This document shows positions 1 to 11,107 of a DNA stretch of 64,000 nucleotides, in pieces. The DNA lies in contig NC_135771.1 in NCBI RefSeq assembly GCF_052425735.1, positions 9,486,001 to 9,550,000 of the forward strand, written 5' to 3'. Both the position numbers and the translations under genes were made by a program. The DNA is from Oculina patagonica (taxonomy: Eukaryota). Within the stretch, counting starts at the first letter, position 1; each line of letters starts with the position of its first letter. Below the pieces are notes generated by a model. The model saw nothing but the letters and a program-made list of their open reading frames with translations. It made no database searches and had not been told where the DNA came from.

Positions 1-362
1 ATATATGAAGAAGTTTTCAGCCATTTTCCGACGATTTCCGATCAGTTTGGAGGATTTCCAAAGACAAACGAATATTCCCAAAGACTGCCGAAGATTTTCG
101 AAGACTACCGAAGATGTCCGAAAACTACCGAAGATTTCCAAGGGGAAATCCGAAAATTTTCTCTAAGTTCATGTGTGACTTTATCCAGTTTTGGAAGAGC
201 AGATAAAAATTTACAATGCTAAATTTTTTCACGTAAAACCCTCCAAACACTTAACAGTATTTTCTCCGGAAACAGAAAACTTTAAAAAATTGGCCAATGT
301 AACAGCAAACACTAAAATTTATGGGCAAATAACACTTAACACTAAGCCCCATTCAGACCCTC
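1..362. repeat. Intronic interspersed repeat with CCGAAGA-type short repeats (partial)
   Basis: Repeated (C)CGAAGA(T/C) motifs at about 25-140; lies upstream of the splice acceptor at 457-459. Confidence 0.55.
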
Positions 363-459
363 TTAGAACCATCTTGTACAACATTAGTCTGACTTTGGGA
401 GTCATGACTTTAATTTGTATGTATTTAAACCAATTTTCTAACCATACACCTGTTTTCAG

Positions 460-2830
460 ATTAAAGCAAGTCCTTACTCAAGTGGAACACAAACTTGGAC
501 GGGTTCGAGACCTAAACAACAAAAACGGTCTCATTCCAATTGACCTGGACATTTCGTTTTGGGGTAACATGACGTGTGAATACAAACTGAACGACGGCTG
601 TGCAGTAAAATCGTGGTCAATCCCTGATCCAGACACGTGCACGCATGCGCACGTGATCATACCTCTAGCTGACGTCACACCGGAGTTCATTCACCCATCG
701 GCGAAAAAAACGTTAAAGGTGATCGCGACGGAAGTGTGTGGTAAAGATGACTTCCGGTCTTTCTTTCCTGTCAGTCAAGTGTGTTTAGCCAATGAAATTC
801 ATTCAAATGAAGTAGAAAACGGCATGATACTTCCGGGAGTTTTGAAAAGTAAAGATCTTATCGTCAAGAAACCGTTCGCTCACATGGTACATTTAAATGG
901 GTGTTCTGAGCAGGCCTCTAGTCCAGTTGCTTTGGTAACGGGCGCGGCAAGGCGAATTGGGGCTAGTATTGCCAAACGATTGCATGAAGCAGGATATAAT
1001 GTATTGGTTCATTACAACACATCTGTCATAGAGGCTACGGAACTTGTAAAGCAAATGAATAGGTAACTACTTTTCTTTTACAACTTTGTACCAGTAAACC
1101 AAACCTTTATAATTTCGAAAAGTACCGGTTCAAGCCTAAGCCCTTAGTTCATTTGCTACTATACCATGCCATAGGCCCCATAAAGCATTTGGCTTGCTGC
1201 CTTACTGGTTTTAACGAAAACAGGGGCAAGTAAACGAAAGCTATACTGAGGGTCCTAAAGGGGTAAATGTGGTGGACGAAGGAGGAGGGGGGGGGGGGGG
1301 GGGGGGGTGGAGTTGATCAAATTCCATTTCCCACCCTCGTTCTCGTTTTGCCCAAGGTCCAGTTCCATTCCCAGTTTTTTGTTTTTGTTTCTTATCCCAG
1401 TTACCCAAATTCCTCTTTCCAAGTGAAACTAGGCAAATCTCAGTTCCCATTCAGATCAGGCCCCTATGTACTAAGCTAAATATTCCTTTGTACATTATTG
1501 CAGTGTACGTTTAAATTCAGCCCGGCAAATCCAAGGAGACTTGAAACACGACACCCGGAAAACTTCAGAGAGGATTATCGAAGAATCGTTGGAGGCCTGG
1601 GGACGACTGGACCTGTTAGTAAACAATGCGTCTCAGTTCCATTCAACAGATGTTGGAAAAATAACACAAGAAGATTGGAATGGACTCTTGGACGCAAACT
1701 TAAGTGCTCCATTCTTCTTGTCACAGGTACAGTTACGCATTCCTTTGTTACAATTTTGGTTTTTTCTTTGACTAATTTCAGTTTTTGGTTAACAAAATAA
1801 AATAAAAAAATAATAGTTTTCTTCGATCTTCAATCAACCTCTTTGGAAAGACATTTGCAATTCATTATTGAACTCAAGATCAACGGATCGGTATGTTTTG
1901 GTTTAAGAACTATTAAATTAGAAACATTAAGCTGCGAAAAGGCGCTCTATTTTTTTCTGGTTAGGTATCAATCGTTGATTTGCGTGTCCGTTCTGGGAGG
2001 CAGCGTCGCCGAGTGGTGAGGGTGCGGGCTTGAAGTGGGGAGGTCCCGGGTTGAAGTCCCCGCCTTTCTGTTCACTACCTCAGTGGAGTTGTCACACGGT
2101 AGACCCAAGATGAACTTCTCTGCCACGTTTGTAAATAGCCAACTGGTTCACCTCCTGCCAGTTGGGATTTTTAACCTTGCTATGTTAAATTTGTAATATT
2201 TGTTTCTGATGTTTGAATGTTCGGCCCCATCAGCACTTGATTTGCTACTTGTTTATCGAGGGTAAATTATATAATTTTTATTTATTCATTTATTTATTTG
2301 CGAGCGAAATGAAAAAGGGCAACATTCAAGATTTTCAGTTTGCCTTGACCAAACCAAATTAATTCCTCTGCAAGTTGTTTTTATCATATTATTACTGACC
2401 GCACTTTGAGCATCATTTTATGGACAAATAATTTTTATACTGTATTTCTTAGGCCGCCTTTCCTAGCTTAAAGACTTCACGTGGATGCATCATAAACCTG
2501 GTGGATATCCACGGTGACCGACCGCTGAACAATCACTCTGTGTATTGCATTTCAAAGGCGGGACTGCGCATGTGCACTATGGCGCTTGCCAAGGAATTCG
2601 CGCCTTTTGTCAGAGTCAACGGCGTGAGCCCGGGCGCTATCTTGTGGCCCGAGCAGTGGAAGGGTGTAACCGTGGAAACAAAAAAGGCAGAAATTCTCAA
2701 AAAGATTCCTTTGAGTCGAAGGGGTGAGCCTGGTGACATCGCCGAGGCAGTGCAGTTCCTTGCTTGTTCGGCTGGGTACATAACCGGGCAAGTGATAAAT
2801 GTCGATGGAGGCAGATCCTTGAATCAGTAG
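460..2830 (+). CDS. HPPK(FolK)-like / pteridine reductase (PTR1/FolM-type SDR) fusion protein, 5'-partial, spliced
   Basis: Exons 460-1062, 1504-1726 and 2453-2830 have GT-AG junctions with consistent phases (2, 2, 0) and end at TAG 2828-2830. HPPK C-terminal motifs: EHKLGRVR...IDLDI and IPDP...VIIPLADVTPEFIHP. SDR motifs: VALVTGAARRIG, VLVHYN, LDLLVNNAS, NLVDIHGDRPL, YCISK, VRVNGVSPG, YITGQVINVDGGRS. Upstream exon(s) lie outside the window. Confidence 0.9.
1995..2260 (+). mobile_element. tRNA-derived SINE-like element in intron
   Basis: tRNA-like head with A/B-box-like GCCGAGTGG...GGGTTGAAGTCC. The body GTAAATAGCCAACTGG recurs inverted at about 29743-29900. Confidence 0.65.
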
Positions 2831-2851
2831 TGAAGACTTCTAAGAAGATTA

Positions 2852-3375
2852 CCTTATTATAGGGAATTAAGGCTTGTGTTAATTAAGGTATTTGAAATTA
2901 ACGCGACTTAAATTAACGCGAATCGAAGGAAAAAATAACGCGAAATAGAGGTTAACATTTCAAAATGAGGGAAATTAACGCGACGTACATAAAGATAGAA
3001 ACTTTTTGAGACAACAGGAACAAGTTGATTTCAACACTAGGCGTTTAATCCGAGACAGAAGCAATGTTCCTGATACTTTACCCAAACGTATGGGTTTAGC
3101 GGAGGAATCCGACCTCTTGGAGCCTTCTTCGCAATTTTAGTGATACCGGTAGATTTCCGCCCTGATGAAATTTTGCTTTTTCTTAAGAGATAAGAACGAC
3201 TCGACTGTATCGAGAAATTGGTGCCAAACTAATGGGAATTAAGGTCGCGGAAATTAACGCTCCACTCAGTTGACGGTGCTGAAATTAACGTTAACAAAAA
3301 TTAACGCGACTTAAATTAACGCGAATTTTTGAAATTTGCGTTAATTTCATGAAGCGTAAATTTCCTATAATAAAG
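2852..3375. mobile_element. MITE with TA flanks just downstream of the fusion-gene stop
   Basis: TIRs CCTTATTATAGG / CCTATAATAAAG, TA on both sides, and subterminal AAATTAACGCG repeats. Confidence 0.7.
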
Positions 3376-4040
3376 TATTTAGCAAACCCAAAGCAAATGC
3401 TGATTTCTTTTGACACTCAAGTGAAAACTGCTCTAACATCGACGTGTTGTTTTACTAACTATATTTATCTAGTGTATGATTTTAAATGATTTTCTTTCGA
3501 GATTTCTTCACAAGGTTCACTTGGAGCAGCATAGTACGTACTAGAATTTTTGCCCAGTATGGGCTGCTATAGTCAATTGCATTACAAAATTATAGTATTC
3601 GCGTATTTTCGAGTCAAATTAGGTTATCAGAGGCTTACGGAATGTAGCTGACGTACTCAGAACAAATCAAATTAATTTTAGTTGACTTTTGAGATCAGCT
3701 TTCCGATCCAGGAGGATTTTATTCTGTTCACAGACTTTCTATTTTGTCTAAAATCATCGCGGCGCGAAAAAATGAATAAGGCGTACCCCGAAGGGGTGGA
3801 ACGTACAAAAGATCGTAAAAAAATTGAAAAAGACTCCAAAGGCTGTTAAGAGAATAAGAGTTTACCACAGGATTTCATTTACAATAGGAATTTATACTCG
3901 ATATACTGATTTTCGCAACACGCAAGATAGCTTCAGTGCACGGTGATACTACTACAATACTATATAGTTATAACCTTAATAAAACGAACATCATTTGTGA
4001 ACTATTTTGGTGAAGTGTTTGCGTATTTAAGTCATAGTTC

Positions 4041-5579
4041 TCATAAGGCGACACTGCGAAACCGGGTCACCCACTTTTGCAGTCCTGTCATCCTGGTTTT
4101 TGGCCTTTTCGGTTTCTTTGGCTTCGCCTTGTGCTTCAAATAAAAGAAATTGAAATTTGTCACAATAATTGTCGATGGAATCGCTAGAACACAACAAACT
4201 CCAAATACTGCGCATAGCGCGCTGAAAATTTTTCCCGCCACTGTGGCGGGCGTCATGTCACCATACCCGACCGTTGTCATGGTAACGATAATGAACCAAA
4301 AGGTTGCTGGGATGCTAGTGAAAGTTGTTGATTCGTCAGTACTCTCGCAGTAGTATATCACGGATGAAAATAACACCAGGCTGATAGCTACACACACTAA
4401 TAACAGCATTAATTCCTGGAGGCTTGTTTGAATCGTCTTTAAGAGTACTTGTAGCCCTAAAGAGTAGCGGGTCAGTTTGAAGACCGAAAAGAACGTCAAA
4501 AACACAAGAATGCGTTGCAAAGGGATTGTTTCTGTTCCTGGTATCACCACCTGGATAATGATCATCATTACATAAGGGAAAAACGACAACATGTCAAAAA
4601 TACCTTGTGCAGAAAATAAGTAAACTGTTTTGTCCGTTGCACTGAACGCGCGAAGAACGTACTCGAGAGTGAACCACGATATGCAGAATTTCTCGCTAAA
4701 AGACCAGAAAAAACCCAGTTCACGACGCTTCGCTGAAGTGTCGGTTTTGTTTTGGTCGCAGCATTGGTCCAAAACAAACACCTCTTTTAGTGAAGGTAAC
4801 GTCTTGCCGCAGAGCAAAATGATGAAGAAGATTGTTATAAAAATCGTCCAGATATCTATGACTCTACGCAGAGGTGATGTTTCACGTGGTTTGGTCTGTT
4901 CGAAAAGCTTTCTGATTTTCATTGCGCACGTTTCACAATTTGAAACATCCGCCGACACAACATCACAACAGGGGCCATGTTCATTCCATGCTTCAACGTC
5001 AAGCCCAAGTTTGCACTCTGCGTCTTTTCCCAGTTGATAAAATCTGACTTCCTCCATGAATTCCCCCTCGGCTATTCCGTCCGGTTTCACAAGCACCCCA
5101 CCGGCAGGTCCCCCTGACTGATAGTAAAACAGAATGCTGTCAAAGACATATTTGTTTCTGTTGAAGTAAAATTCGTTGTGAATTGAGTCATAGTAAGGCG
5201 CTCTCTTAATCGGTGACCCAAGTAGTGAATCAGGCAGCCTTGCCAGTGTGCTTTCGTAAGTTTCGAACCTCATCCCAGAGACATTGATAGTAACTCGATT
5301 ATCAATGCTAGTAACTGTTAGATTTGGCACAATTTTCCTCACATCTGCGCCCGTTTTGCGTTTGGACCACACATCTTCTCTATTATTGTTATTGACGCTA
5401 TGTTCTTTCAGGTTCTTTCCCTGTTGTTGCGGTTTGCCATTTGTAACCGCGGACAGGAGAGGCCTGTCATCACTGGAGCATGAGCTTCTACAGCCATCAC
5501 AGTCTGCGATTATGTCTTCGCCTTGAGTGGGGACAGCTTGATAATTTACTCGTACTTTCCAAACTGGACTAGATGCCAT
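4041..5579 (-). CDS. Shaker-family voltage-gated K+ channel subunit, intronless CDS, probably regulatory/silent type (512 aa)
   Basis: T1 domain (RVTINVSGMRFETY...EFYFNRN...ILFYYQSGG), six TM segments, pore FWFIIVTMTTVGYGDMTP. First in-frame ATG is at 5579 (MASSPV). S4 is charge-poor and S6 reads IPST instead of PVP. Confidence 0.93.
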   Translation of the reverse strand: MASSPVWKVRVNYQAVPTQGEDIIADCDGCRSSCSSDDRPLLSAVTNGKPQQQGKNLKEHSVNNNNREDVWSKRKTGADVRKIVPNLTVTSIDNRVTINVSGMRFETYESTLARLPDSLLGSPIKRAPYYDSIHNEFYFNRNKYVFDSILFYYQSGGPAGGVLVKPDGIAEGEFMEEVRFYQLGKDAECKLGLDVEAWNEHGPCCDVVSADVSNCETCAMKIRKLFEQTKPRETSPLRRVIDIWTIFITIFFIILLCGKTLPSLKEVFVLDQCCDQNKTDTSAKRRELGFFWSFSEKFCISWFTLEYVLRAFSATDKTVYLFSAQGIFDMLSFFPYVMMIIIQVVIPGTETIPLQRILVFLTFFSVFKLTRYSLGLQVLLKTIQTSLQELMLLLVCVAISLVLFSSVIYYCESTDESTTFTSIPATFWFIIVTMTTVGYGDMTPATVAGKIFSALCAVFGVCCVLAIPSTIIVTNFNFFYLKHKAKPKKPKRPKTRMTGLQKWVTRFRSVAL

Positions 5580-6342
5580 CCTTGTTTCTAAGAGATGATA
5601 ATCCTTTGGATTTCCAGGGTCGCTAAGAAGGTGCACAGATCGAACCCCGGGCACAAAAGCAGTTCTGGACAATTCTTGTTTTCTTCTTTGTAGAACAAAT
5701 CTCGGTGACGTGACACAACCAAATTGCGTACGTACAAACCTCTCCAATTTAACGCTTTTTGCACTCTATACTCTGCTGCGCTTTAACCAGATCTGTTCCA
5801 TCGTTGGGACCTCGAGACATAGCATCAATTTTTTCCTGTAAGCCAGTTTTTCCGTCAATTCCTTCCCAGACTTACAATAACAAACACACATGAAAATCAT
5901 TGCTATAAAAAGAGCATTTGAACCCCGTGTGGTTCTAAGCTTTCTTTTCTATTTATGTTAATCATGACGATGTCAATAACTCCTGCTCGAAGTCCTTAAT
6001 GTTTTTCGGTGCTCAACAACCAAGTGTTCCTTTAGCAAAGTATTTGCTCACCTACAATAGCGACGAAAATCGGGACAATTTTGAGCGTTTGACAAATCCT
6101 GATTGTAAATGTGTAGGTATAAAATAAGAAACAGATATGCTGTTGTTTTTCTAACCTAAAAAACAGTGTCACAGAATAAACTCAACCACTGCATGATGTC
6201 AGCTCACTCACGCGTGTCAGTCACGCGAGAAAAATAAACAATTCAAGAGGTTCATGTCAGTCAAAGAGCGATCGTATTATGATCTTATTATCTATGAATG
6301 TCCATCCCAAGGATGATTCTTCAGCAGGCATCAGAAAGTTAA

Positions 6343-8469
6343 TTGTGTGACTACGGCACCCCCGATCGAGGTCGAGACACTAGCGATCGACACCCGATCG
6401 ACCCGCGATCGACCCGCGACGACATGTCGACGCCACTCGATTCATGTCGAGAACTGATCGACCGACCAACAACGGGCGATAGTCGTCGAGTGTCGACGAC
6501 TCATGTGTCGGCGAGATCCTCAGTCGGTCGACCTCGGCGATACTCGGTCGAACCATCGACGCTCTGCTGACACACGGTCGAGTGTGATCGAACCAACATC
6601 GTCATAGCGGTCGCCAGCAGTCGAAGCCAACCGACGAAGCCCGCGAAGGAGTTGGGTGGGCAAAGGAGGGGGGGGGGAAGGAGGCACAAACCAGACAGAA
6701 ACCCACAAATGCAATGGTGGACCTGACCAACGCGATCAGGCGCCGTTCAATCAGTAGTAGGGAGGAGGGCCGAAGGCGAGAAGCCCGAAGCGAAGCCGAG
6801 GGAAAACGAGAAAGGGACAACCGAAGTCGAGACAGAACCATGTCGCACAAACGGCAACACGCACGAAAACGCGCCGCGTGCCAGGGGAATTTGGGCCGAA
6901 GAAAGAAACGAGAACAACGGAAAGAATGCTGCGAAAATACCAAAAGAGTGGATAGAGTCTAGTGTGCGTTATAAAAATATAGAAAAAGGAAGCCTATATG
7001 GAAGAATAGTCGAATGAGACTACCGCCTGTCTGAGAAAAGTCGTAATGTCGCAGTAATGAAGTAAATGTGTAAATGAGGGGCTAGGATCTTAGCGAGTAG
7101 AGTAGTAGAGATAGACAGTATGATGGGTGAGATATGATAGGTAAAGGGAGATAGAGACTATCTGTGAGGACGTACCTCCTATTATGAGGGTTCTGACTAT
7201 GTGGAAGTAGGTGGAGTACAGTGAGAAAGAGAGAGAGAAATTGGAGAAAGGGAGAGAGTGGGAGGGAGAGGGAGGTAGGGGGTCTTCTTTGGGGGGTTAG
7301 AGTAAAGAAGAAGGAAAGGGGATGTGGAGGAGTAGAAGTCACTAGTACACTATTACACCTCACTTAGTGGAAGTAGGAGGGTAAAGAAATGTGTAGGTTA
7401 GAGAGGTGGATAGAGAAGAGGGGGAGAGTTGGTGGGAGAGGGTAGGATTGGGAGTAGGAGGAAGAGGTAAGAAATGGTAAATGAATGAGAGGAGAGTTGA
7501 TTTAGAAGAAATAATGTGGAGATGGTGTAATGGGGTTGTAAGAGAAGAGACATGTAAGATAACTGTATGGGAGGGATAGCAAAAGATAAGTGATAAGTAT
7601 TGAGAGGAGGGAGTGAGGGGAGGGGGTGGATAAAAAAAAGAATAGTGATAGTAAAGTGATAGAGAGTTAATTGAGGAGGTAAGGAGTAAATGAGGGAAAG
7701 TGGGGGGGAATGGAGAGGTAAGGGTACGGACCCTAGACTGATGAGACGTGTCGACCGGTGTCCCCTGAGGACGCCCCCCCGGATACATGCGAGAGGGGTA
7801 GAAGGGTTATTTGAGAGAAGGAGGGAGAAAGAGGGAGAGGGGGAGTTAGCGGGAGGAGCCCCCCCCCCGGAAAAAGAGAGAAAAAGATAGAGGGAAAAAG
7901 TGGGAGAGAGAGTAAAGAAAATTAGGAAGGAATGAAAAATGTAGGAGAAAAAGGAAGATGAGGAAAGAAGACTAGAGAAGTAAGAGGAGAAGAGGTGAGG
8001 GGAAAAAGAGGGGGGGAGAAGAATAGGGTAAGAGAGGATTTAAGGAAGGAAAAAGGAGTGTAATAATATAGAAGGAGAAATAAGGAGAGAAAAAGGGAAA
8101 AGAAAGGAGAGGATGATGAGGAGAAGAGAGATGGAGGAGGAGGAGAAGAATGTAAAAAATAGAATAGGATATTAAAGTGTGGAGAGGAGAAAAAGGATTG
8201 AGAGAAAGTGAAGATGAGAATGTTGGGGTAAGTATTTTTGTTAATAAAAGGGTGAGAAGAAGAAAGAAAAGAGAGGTGAGAAAAGGAAAAAGGTAGGAAG
8301 GAGAGGGAGGTAATGAGAGTGAAGAGGAAGATGAAGAGGAGGGGAGGAGGGAAGGAGAGGGGAAGAAGTAGGTGGAGGGGGAGAGAGTGTGATGTGGGGA
8401 TGAGTGTCGATCGAAGTGTCGATGATGGTCGATGGGTCGATCGACAGAGGGGGGCGGACACATGATCCG
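6343..8469. other. TCGATCGA-rich TIR-type repeat enclosing ~1.4 kb of purine-only low-complexity sequence (probably low-quality consensus)
   Basis: TCGA-rich arms at about 6343-6630 and 8400-8469. The interior 7080-8400 is almost C-free on the + strand, aperiodic and without coding signal. Confidence 0.5.
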
Positions 8470-9342
8470 TTAATTTTTCCTTTCTTTGTTAGCGAGAAAG
8501 TTTATCGGTTTGTTTTAGTAAGGAAAACGTGTGGCAGGCTTGCGTGACATGATATTGTCACAGCCGCTTTGACTGACACTACGTCATTTTAAGTCACTTA
8601 AAAAACCCGACAGCTGAACAATTCGTTGTCATTGGAACATTTTTCATAGGATATGGCTAATTATCACACGATTGTTCAGCTGCTTTAAGAGTTGTGTTCT
8701 TAAAACTTCGTTTCAAGCTCATTGTTTTTCTGTAGTCATTAAACCAGGAATGCTGCTTCGAATAAGCGGATTAAATTCATTTCAAATGGAAACAGTGAAA
8801 CTCCGTTTGTTCATGATTGTTTTCTTTGTTTTTAGTACAGTTAAGCAGTTAATGTGCATTCAAATTTTTTACTATTTATGATACATTATTTATTTATACC
8901 GAAATAAATTGAATGTGTATTGCACCAAAAATCATTCCCGAAACACGAATGCAAAATGACCGCCGGACAGCAACTGATGACGTGACACAGCAAGGAATGG
9001 CATGGACTCTGGTCGTTGGATCATGGTTTCTAAATCGATTATCGACTGTACCATAGTTACAAAACGATGTTAGGGCCAAATGAGGATTGTTGGGGTTTCA
9101 CTCTACAGGAGTAAACAATTTTAATTTGTCGTTGTTGTTAGCACATTTCAGGTGTAAACCGTATCGTTTCCAAACCAATTGTAAGAGATCGTAAAGCGAA
9201 TTTTTTTTCTCTACATAATTAAAATTATACCTCACTTTTAACTGCCCAAATTTAGTATATTTTGCTTTATCCACAAGTCACCGTTATGTTTTATACGCGA
9301 AGTTCTTTGCAGATCAAATGATTTTTTTTTCTCTCCTTTTGA

Positions 9343-9893
9343 GGTGATTCCTCAGTATTGCATTGCGCATCCTTACTGCTCAGAATTATTTTATGCGTGA
9401 TTAGCGCGCGCACATAAACAAAATGACGACTTCTTCTATACGGCTTGGCCCGCGAGGGAGATAAATCATCGTTTTCTTGTAAACGAGCACGGTGACCAGT
9501 ATTTTTTATTGAATAATTTTTGTGTAAAAAGACGCAAATTATGACCTTGAAATAAACGACTCGAGGAACGCTTTGATTCGATCTCGTTTGGATTTTTGTG
9601 ATTTTTTCGATAAGTTATATATTACGTTGTTCCGTATGGTCTTTCAAGTCAAGTGATCAAGTTTTTGTTTAAGTACTTCTTTTAAAAACTGCTACTGAAA
9701 AATGTAATGTGGACCGATGAAACAACGCGCGTTGTTAGGTCAGGTTAGAACCAGAACAGGCACGGAAGGTGTAAGATTGGGCCATCATATCTCTTTTGCG
9801 AGCATGGTGACCCATCTTTTTTTTTAAACAGTGGAACATTCAGGGAAAGTTTCAAAAAATTTTTTCGACAACTTTTACTTCTGAAGAATCACC
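9343..9893. mobile_element. Non-autonomous TIR element, possibly Kolobok-like
   Basis: Termini GGTGATTC...GAATCACC; right flank TTAA, left flank TTGA. Confidence 0.45.
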
Positions 9894-10713
9894 TTAAGAC
9901 ATACGCAAATTGCCTCGTGCGCAAATATATGTTATTCACCAGGGGGTCGGCGCAGCGAGCGAAAGCCCAAACAACCACAACCAAGAAACATGACAGAACA
10001 CAACGATTGCGAAAAGAAAAAACCGCCTAGAGACGAGGCCAACACCACTCTGCCACAAAAGTGGTGAGCGCAGAGCAGCGCAAACCATGTGCGCGACAAC
10101 GCGCAAAATGATCGCGCGGAAAGGCCCGACGACATCCGCAACGGAACCGCCGGGAGCGGGCCGGATTGAGAAACCGCCCGCCCCGGAACCAACAGGAGGA
10201 TTTGTAGAATACCGCCCGCTCACGAACAAAGAAAAAAATAAATAGATAATATGTCAAACAGTATATCGGGATTGATCCGACGTGGAGAAAAGTGTTGAAA
10301 ACTACCAAGATCTATCTTAAGCGTCTCTCGAGGTAGTCAAGTAGTTTGTACAAAACGGCGAAGAAATGTTCCGAGTTGTGTAACCCATTGTACTACTCAT
10401 TAAACCTTTTGTTTAGTGACATTCTTGCTCCCTTCAATGTCTTCGTTTCGTATGGCATTTAAAAATGGCGTCAATTGTGATGTGTCAAGAAGCTCTACTT
10501 GAAGAAGCTCTAGCTCTCCGCGTCTTTTTTAGCCACAGTTTTGATATCCGTAAAAGTCAAACGGTCATGATCAAGAACAAAAGGAAATAACAAATATCAT
10601 TCTTGAAAAAGCTTTAATGTTTTATTTTAACTTGACACTTAGTCCGGATTAGAACTGGCCAAAGCACTAACTGACATAGATGACTACTTTTTTCTTCTTA
10701 GTGGTATTATCTA

Positions 10714-11018
10714 TGGGAGGCGCTGTGACCTTACGGTTAGCGCGCTAGACTCCGGAACGAGCGGTCCGGATTCGAGCCCTGGTCTGGGTCCCTGCGTTGT
10801 ATTCTTGGGCAAGACACTTTTCTTTCATAGTGCTTCTCTCAACCCGGTTTATACACGAGAATTTGGGAATTAAATGCTGGGGGTAACCCTGTGATGGACT
10901 AGCATCCCTCCAAGGGGGTAGTGGAAATACTCCTAGCTAGTCGCTTAATGCTTTGGAAATCGGGATAAGCTCCGGTCTGATGCGCCTCTAGCCCAGAACG
11001 CAGACGTTACCTTACCTA
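10714..11018 (+). mobile_element. tRNA-derived SINE
   Basis: tRNA-like head (GGTTAGCGCG...GGATTCGAGCCC), CTTGGGCAAGACACTT central block, short TTACC tail repeats. Confidence 0.7.
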
Positions 11019-11107
11019 TAAGTGGTTAGTATCTACATGTACTTCATCGCATTCTTTACATGATATTTTATATACACGTGTTTGTTCAGTTATCAAGGTT
11101 TGCATGG

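Noticed and set aside
191-459. N-terminal 89 aa of ORF 191..1066
   Set aside because: Non-ATG start, overlaps an intronic repeat and lies before the acceptor at 457-459; HPPK similarity starts only after it.
460-2830. Bacterial contamination as source of the FolK-FolM gene
   Set aside because: Spliceosomal introns with host-type repeats and contiguity with animal genes.
5580-5747. 56-aa N-terminal extension of the K+ channel ORF
   Set aside because: Starts at a non-ATG codon; first ATG is 5579.
6500-8463. Ser/Pro/Leu/Phe-rich and Arg/Glu-rich ORFs
   Set aside because: By-products of low-complexity, probably erroneous sequence.
9930-10310. GC-richer patch with three overlapping minus-strand ORFs
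   Set aside because: No recognisable domain; looks like a degraded or low-quality repeat.
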